A DNA stretch of 10,562 bases, from contig JBDKRC010000351.1 in the NCBI GenBank assembly GCA_039683575.1, positions 1 to 10,562 of the forward strand. Direction: 5' to 3'. This document shows positions 7,277-10,562 of this stretch, piece by piece (the stretch's first letter is position 1; every line of letters begins with the position of its first letter). The stretch comes from Armatimonadia bacterium. Lineage in GTDB: Bacteria; Armatimonadota; Zipacnadia; Zipacnadales; UBA11051. The translations under genes were made by a program, and so were the position numbers. Below the pieces are notes generated by a model. That model was not told the origin of the DNA and did not search any database. It saw only the letters and a program-made list of their open reading frames with translations.

Positions 7277-7363
7277 CAAAATGGGGACGGAGCCTTCGCG
7301 CCGACGAACGCTTCATCTTCACCTCAAACAATACATCGGCGCGAAGGCTCCGTCCCCATTTTG
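7277..7363. repeat. REPIN/MITE-like inverted repeat, family A copy 3
   Basis: Perfect 28-bp arms at 7277-7304 (caaaatggggacggagccttcgcgccga) and 7336-7363. Confidence 0.92.
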
Positions 7364-7428
7364 ACCACCTAACCTTCGCCCACCCTCCGACTGTTTTCTG
7401 TTTTCCGTTTTCGCCTTTTGCCTCTACC

Positions 7429-7449
7429 ATCAACGATCAACGATCAACG
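7429..7449. repeat. Heptamer tandem repeat (ATCAACG)x3
   Basis: atcaacg atcaacg atcaacg directly downstream of the stop of the 7453..10254 gene. A degenerate GTTTTCN heptamer run is adjacent at ~7393-7413. Confidence 0.8.
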
Positions 7450-7452
7450 CCG

Positions 7453-10254
7453 TTACTCCCCGTAAACCTCCACCTCATCAATCAAACACATCCCCTGCCG
7501 CTTGAACTGCCACCGCACATACCGCGCCGTCACGTCCAGCGGCGCCTCGATCAAACCCACGCGCTTTTCCCCGCGCTGAGCGGTTGCCACCACCGGCGCG
7601 CTCCAGTTATCCCCATCAAGCGACGTCTGCACTCTCGTCTCAGTTGGGAATCCCACCCCAAAGAAGTTTCCCCCGCAAGCATGGGCGCTCGCCAGCGTGA
7701 CCCGCTGCGGCTGCTGCAAATCAACCGTCACTATCGGGTCGATGTCCGGGTACCCGACCACTCTCTCGGGTATCATGTATGGTGCCGAATACCGCCCGTC
7801 CGTCAGCCTCACGCCATCGTCGGCGTACGTGCCCCGCAATCGCGGCGGCGGCGGAGCGATGGTTCGGTAGCCCTTACCACTCGCGACGTTCACCCCGTTG
7901 CTGATGACCTCGATCTCATCCAGCAACAGGAAATCATGCGACACCAGATCCAGCCTCACATACCGCGCCGCCGGCCCGGTGACCCGCCCCTCCAGCCACA
8001 CCCGCGCGTTCGTCTTCCGGTCCTCCGGCTCCTCCGGCGGCATGATCTTCTCTGGCATCAGGCGCCACTCCGTCCCGTCGCTATCCGTCCAGATCGTTAT
8101 CGACTTCGGAAACCAGGTGTCGGCCATCCCGCCGCCCCACGCATGCACCCGCACCTTCTGCACCGGCACCGCTTGCCCCAGGTCCAGCACGATCTTCGGC
8201 TTGCAGTTGATCCACCCGGCCAGCTTGCCATCCATGAACGTGTTGGCCAGCGCCCCGTCCGTTAGTTTCTTCCCGTCGTCAGGATAGTTCCACGCCGGCT
8301 TGGCCGGAAGTGGCTCATAGGTATACGTCTTGCCAAACGCCAGGTTCTCCGACCGGTCCAACTCAACCTCATCGAGCGCCAGCGGCGTACCGGCGGCCGC
8401 GCCGCTCAACACCACCTCCACCCGCCTCCCGCGCGTCACCGGCACCCTGACCGGGATATACGCCGCCCGCTGCTCCTCGGGCGCGCCAACCTCAGTCGTC
8501 AACGTCTTGTCGCCGCACGTCGCCTGCACCCTCGCCGGCCACTGCCCGCCCGCCGGCTTGACCGCATGGAGCCACAGCGTGTCGTAGTTACGGTCTGTGG
8601 GCGGCTGGAAGGTAATCGTTCCCCGCCCCTCCGGCCACTGCACCAGCCCCGTTGCGTCTTGCGGGCCCGAGGCATACTGCATGTCCGTCATCACCCCCGG
8701 CGCCCCGACGCCGTTGGTGACATACGGTTTCTCGCCATCCGGTCCCACCGGCGGCAAGACCCGAATCTGATCAATCACCAGACTCGCCTCCGCCGGCCCC
8801 TGCAGGTCGATCATCAACGCGCGCCCGGGTTGCGTTCGCCACCGGCCCGTGATCCACCGCGCTCCGACCTCACCTGCCTCGAAGGCTGGCAGCGTCACTT
8901 GGTCCACGAACTGTTCGGCCTCTCCATCCTCCCCGCGTAGTGAAAACTTGGCATAGAAATCGGCCTCCCCTCCCCTGCCCGGCCGCACCCGCATCCGCAC
9001 CTGATTGACCCGCCGCTCATCCGGGAAGTTGACCACCACCCGCCCGCCGCTGCCCGGCACCAATGCCGCCTCAGCCGGTGCCGCCGGTCCCTCGCCGGTA
9101 AGCGCCATCGTCAGCCTCGGCGCTTGCCCTGGCGACTCCACCCGGCAAACCTGCCCGCGCGCCACCGAATAATCATGCCCCTTGTAGGTCCCCTTGGCGA
9201 ACTCATACAAGTCGCGGTACAACTGATTGTTCGCCGGCAGGTCGCTCTGATAAAGATCCCGCACCACCGTCTCCTGCACATAGTAGCCGTGCAGCGCCTT
9301 CATGTACCCCTCATACGCCGGCAGACCGTGGTTGAGATAGTCGGTGAGACTGCTGCGGTCCTCCGCGTTCATGAGGGCCCCGTCCCACGTCTCGATCTCG
9401 ATTCCCAACTCATACTTGCGGCACTCCTTACCAGTGTCCGCAAGCCACTGCTCATCCTGCGCCCCGGGCAGGTTATAGTCCACAAACGCATAATTGGGCT
9501 GCAGTATGGCGAAGTCAAAACCCAACTCGCGCCACCTGTCCCTGCCCGGCGCAGCGTGGTAAGGGATCCAGCAAAAACCGAGCTGCTGGGCATGCAGAGC
9601 CCGTGCAGTGGCTTTTACCTTCTCTTCATCCTTCGTGCCGACCCCCTCATTCTTCCAGTAGCAACCCCACAAACTCAGGTGCTTGAACCCCTGCTCGGCA
9701 AAGCGGCGCTTGACCTCGCCGACGAACCAATTCGCCGCCCGCGCGGCGTCCGGCAGCTTACTTAGGTCAAGCGACTGCCCCGTCCCATCCACCACGCCGA
9801 AGTTCTGCTGCTGGTCCGACATGTACGGAAACATGAGGACCACAGGCACCTTCTGCGGCGGGGGGCCAAGCGTTACGGCGGCGCGGGAAATCGCCTGGTC
9901 GAGGGCATGCAGGCTGCGGTCGGGCGTAAACAGGACGGTGAGGAAGTGCTCCCAGTCGGACCGGCTGGTGACCCCCATCGAGTAGTTCACAAACTGGCCG
10001 GAGGGGGTCCGGCAGCCGTTCAGCATAAACAGGAACGAGTCATAGAACCAGTCAACCGGCTTACCCTCTTGCTGCTTGTCGAGGTAAGCCACATAAGGCA
10101 ACAGGTCATCGCTGGTGTACCCCGACTTGGTCTCCACGTAAAGCAGCATGAGGTCCCGCATCCCACCACTGCGCGGGTCGCCCTGCGGCCAATAATCTGC
10201 CTGTACAGCCGATACCAGCAACCCCAACATCACGATGACAAGCAGTACTCTCAT
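7453..10254 (-). CDS. Secreted DUF4855-like protein with C-terminal tandem discoidin (F5/8 type C, CBM32-like) modules, 933 aa
   Basis: Signal peptide MRVLLVIVMLGLLVSAVQAD, preceded on - by a purine-rich GGGGGTAAGG. The N-terminal region has 'DLMLLY', 'PYVAYLD', 'DWFYDSFLF', 'WIPYHAAPG..WRELGFDFAILQPNYAF' and 'LGIEIE', as recalled for DUF4855. The C-terminus has repeated 'NLA.GK.Y...DDG.KLTDG...IVLDLGQ...ARYVRL...LDEIEV' units. Confidence 0.85.
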   Translation of the reverse strand: MRVLLVIVMLGLLVSAVQADYWPQGDPRSGGMRDLMLLYVETKSGYTSDDLLPYVAYLDKQQEGKPVDWFYDSFLFMLNGCRTPSGQFVNYSMGVTSRSDWEHFLTVLFTPDRSLHALDQAISRAAVTLGPPPQKVPVVLMFPYMSDQQQNFGVVDGTGQSLDLSKLPDAARAANWFVGEVKRRFAEQGFKHLSLWGCYWKNEGVGTKDEEKVKATARALHAQQLGFCWIPYHAAPGRDRWRELGFDFAILQPNYAFVDYNLPGAQDEQWLADTGKECRKYELGIEIETWDGALMNAEDRSSLTDYLNHGLPAYEGYMKALHGYYVQETVVRDLYQSDLPANNQLYRDLYEFAKGTYKGHDYSVARGQVCRVESPGQAPRLTMALTGEGPAAPAEAALVPGSGGRVVVNFPDERRVNQVRMRVRPGRGGEADFYAKFSLRGEDGEAEQFVDQVTLPAFEAGEVGARWITGRWRTQPGRALMIDLQGPAEASLVIDQIRVLPPVGPDGEKPYVTNGVGAPGVMTDMQYASGPQDATGLVQWPEGRGTITFQPPTDRNYDTLWLHAVKPAGGQWPARVQATCGDKTLTTEVGAPEEQRAAYIPVRVPVTRGRRVEVVLSGAAAGTPLALDEVELDRSENLAFGKTYTYEPLPAKPAWNYPDDGKKLTDGALANTFMDGKLAGWINCKPKIVLDLGQAVPVQKVRVHAWGGGMADTWFPKSITIWTDSDGTEWRLMPEKIMPPEEPEDRKTNARVWLEGRVTGPAARYVRLDLVSHDFLLLDEIEVISNGVNVASGKGYRTIAPPPPRLRGTYADDGVRLTDGRYSAPYMIPERVVGYPDIDPIVTVDLQQPQRVTLASAHACGGNFFGVGFPTETRVQTSLDGDNWSAPVVATAQRGEKRVGLIEAPLDVTARYVRWQFKRQGMCLIDEVEVYGE

Positions 10255-10307
10255 AGCCTTACCCCCTGATCTTCAAATGTCCGCAGTAGCCCCTAACAGC
10301 CCCGTAG

Positions 10308-10383
10308 CGCCCAAAATGGGGACAGAGCCTTCCCGCCGAGCCAACCAACAAGTTTGTCATGCTGAACGAAGTGAAGCATCTCC
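10308..10383. repeat. 76-nt composite unit, copy 2
   Basis: 72/76 identical to 7176-7251. Confidence 0.9.
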
Positions 10384-10420
10384 GGCGGCGGGGGATGCTT
10401 CACTTCGTTCAGCATGACAA
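10354..10420. repeat. Long inverted repeat of the TGTCATGCTGAACGAAGTGAAGCATC type (CGTC/GTCA-tagged palindromic repeat class)
   Basis: Perfect 27-bp arms at 10354-10380 (ttgtcatgctgaacgaagtgaagcatc) and 10394-10420, with a 13-nt GC-rich loop. Confidence 0.9.
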
Positions 10421-10438
10421 GCGCCTCCCGCCTTTACT

Positions 10439-10562
10439 ATCAACCATCAACCATCAACCATCAACCATCAACCATCAACCATCAACCATCAACCATCAAC
10501 CATCAACCATCAACCATCAACCATCAACCATCAACCATCAACCATCAACCATCAACCATCAA
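10439..10562. repeat. Perfect heptamer tandem array (ATCAACC)n, about 17.7 copies, truncated by the window end
   Basis: Uninterrupted ATCAACC units from 10439 to the last base. Confidence 0.97.

Noticed and set aside
7134-7433. 99-aa minus-strand ORF, and similar small ORFs at 158..387, 3381..3670 and 10235..10417
   Set aside because: Their shared peptides (KWGRSLRA, AKAPSPF, CHAERSEAS) are translations of the DNA repeats, not independent evidence of coding.
4957-9985. Medium + strand ORFs (4957..6021, 6124..7233, 7681..8265, 9124..9765 and others)
   Set aside because: They overlap the well-supported minus-strand genes and show shadow-ORF composition.
232-10383. CRISPR array (25-28-nt repeats separated by ~35-nt spacers)
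   Set aside because: The repeats occur as dispersed inverted pairs rather than a direct-repeat array, two spacers are related to each other, and no cas genes are present.
10439-10562. Telomeric repeat
   Set aside because: The context is clearly bacterial and related heptamer runs occur internally at 7429-7449, so a VNTR is the simpler explanation.

Overview
GC-rich bacterial window with a strong C-over-G bias on the + strand. It holds four credible genes. Three large signal-peptide-bearing carbohydrate-active-type proteins lie on the minus strand: a GH42-like beta-galactosidase-family protein with an N-terminal CBM-like module, a TIM-barrel glycoside-hydrolase-like protein with a CxCxxC motif and an inserted CBM-like module, and a DUF4855-like protein with tandem discoidin/F5-8-type C-like modules. 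A divergent + strand gene encodes an M23-family zinc peptidase-like protein with no evident signal peptide. The most unusual content is non-coding: every intergenic gap carries palindromic repeats from several families. These include a ~90-bp REPIN/MITE-like inverted pair with compensatory arm changes, GTAG-tagged REPs, a GTCATGCTGAAC-type palindrome, a 76-nt composite unit duplicated just upstream of two glycosidase start codons, and heptamer tandem repeats, one of which runs off the window end. No transposase, CRISPR array or RNA gene is visible. Family assignments come from motif recognition, not database searches.
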